Assembly: GCF_963921235.1 (NCBI RefSeq)
Contig: NC_086108.1
Location: 61,630,001 to 61,694,000 of the forward strand
Length of the DNA stretch: 64,000 nt
DNA from: Mobula hypostoma
Lineage: Eukaryota
Reading direction: 5' to 3'
The notes below the pieces were generated by a model that ran no database searches, was not told where the DNA came from, and saw nothing but the letters and a program-made list of their open reading frames with translations. Below, piece by piece: positions 63,100-64,000 of the stretch. The translations under genes and the position numbers were made by a program. Positions within the stretch are counted from its first letter, which is position 1. Each line of letters starts with the position of its first letter.

Positions 63100-63990
63100 G
63101 ACACTGCCATCAACTTCTATAGACGCACTGTAGTAAGTAACCTAATGCTTGCATAATGACAATGCACAGAAATGAAAGAGGCTACAAAGTGTAGTGGACA
63201 TACCTGGTCCATCATGGACACAGCCTCCCACCCCCACCACTGAAAAGATCAACATGTGCAGTCCCTCAAGAAGATGGAGCCTATATCAAGTATCCTCTCC
63301 ACCTGGGCCGTGCTCTCTTCTTTGTGCTACCATCGGGCCGGAGATACGCAAGCATGAAGTTCCTCACAACCAGCTTCAGGAATGGCAATTTCCGACTACC
63401 AGTGAAACAATGTTCATTAGAGGGATCTCATAGAAACATGTCGAACATTGAAAGGCCCTAGATAGAGTGGATATTTCCTTTAGAGCAGGAATCCAGGACC
63501 AGAGTGCACAGCCTCAGAATAGAGTGATGTCCCTTTAGAACAGATATGTGGAGGAATTTCTCATGGTGAATCTGTGGAATTTATTGCCAGGATGGCTCTA
63601 GAGAACAAGTCATTAGGTATATCTAAAACAGGGGGTTGCTAGGTTCCTGATTAGTAAAGGTGTCAAAGGTTATGGGGAGAAGATAGGATAATGAGGTTTA
63701 GAAGGATAATAAATCAGTCATGATGGAATGGTAGAATCGATGGGCCAAATGGCCTAATTCTGCTCCTATGTCTTATGGTCTAATCAATCCTATCATAGTA
63801 ACAAAACAACACCTTGCACTACAATACACTTGTTTCTTGTGGAGTTTCTTTTTGCAATATTGTCTTGTTTTGCAGAATGTGATTTATGTATAATTTATGC
63901 TCTGTGCATTGTCTCAATCTAATGATTGTGATACTGCTGCAAGTAAGTTATTGTTTCAGTACCTCATTTCACTTGTGCATATTCCGATAA
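63100..63990 (+). mobile_element. Rex1/Babar 3' fragment interrupted by a CR1 3' end (~63415-63782)
   Basis: NFYRRTV..KRLQSVVD motifs; the internal block matches 3173-3548 and ends TCCTATGTCTTATGGTCT. Confidence 0.72.
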
Positions 63991-64000
63991 CCTCAATAGC

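Overview
Eukaryotic, repeat-dense, apparently non-genic (intronic or intergenic) vertebrate DNA. The repeat mix points by inference to a cartilaginous fish: abundant CR1 LINEs, Penelope-like elements (PLEs), HE1/V-SINE and Deu-type SINEs, Rex1/Babar, RTE, L1, Tc1/mariner, hAT-Charlie and solo LTRs. I found no host protein-coding exon, rRNA, true tRNA or CRISPR array. Every ORF I can recognise is a transposon remnant. The most interesting signal is a PLE-derived hammerhead ribozyme motif (stem I-CUGANGA-stem II-GAAAC-GUH-stem I'), present in about a dozen copies. It occurs in GIY-YIG-encoding PLE copies, in fold-back elements, and in ~100-130 bp inserts whose 5' boundary repeatedly falls at the ribozyme core, two of them with clear target-site duplications (TSDs). 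Other highlights are several nested insertions with exact TSDs, a ~3.1 kb-offset local duplication showing two fates of one Gypsy insertion, and MITEs carrying extra terminal repeats. Family names come from motif recognition only; no database search was run, and boundaries lacking a TSD or TIR are approximate.
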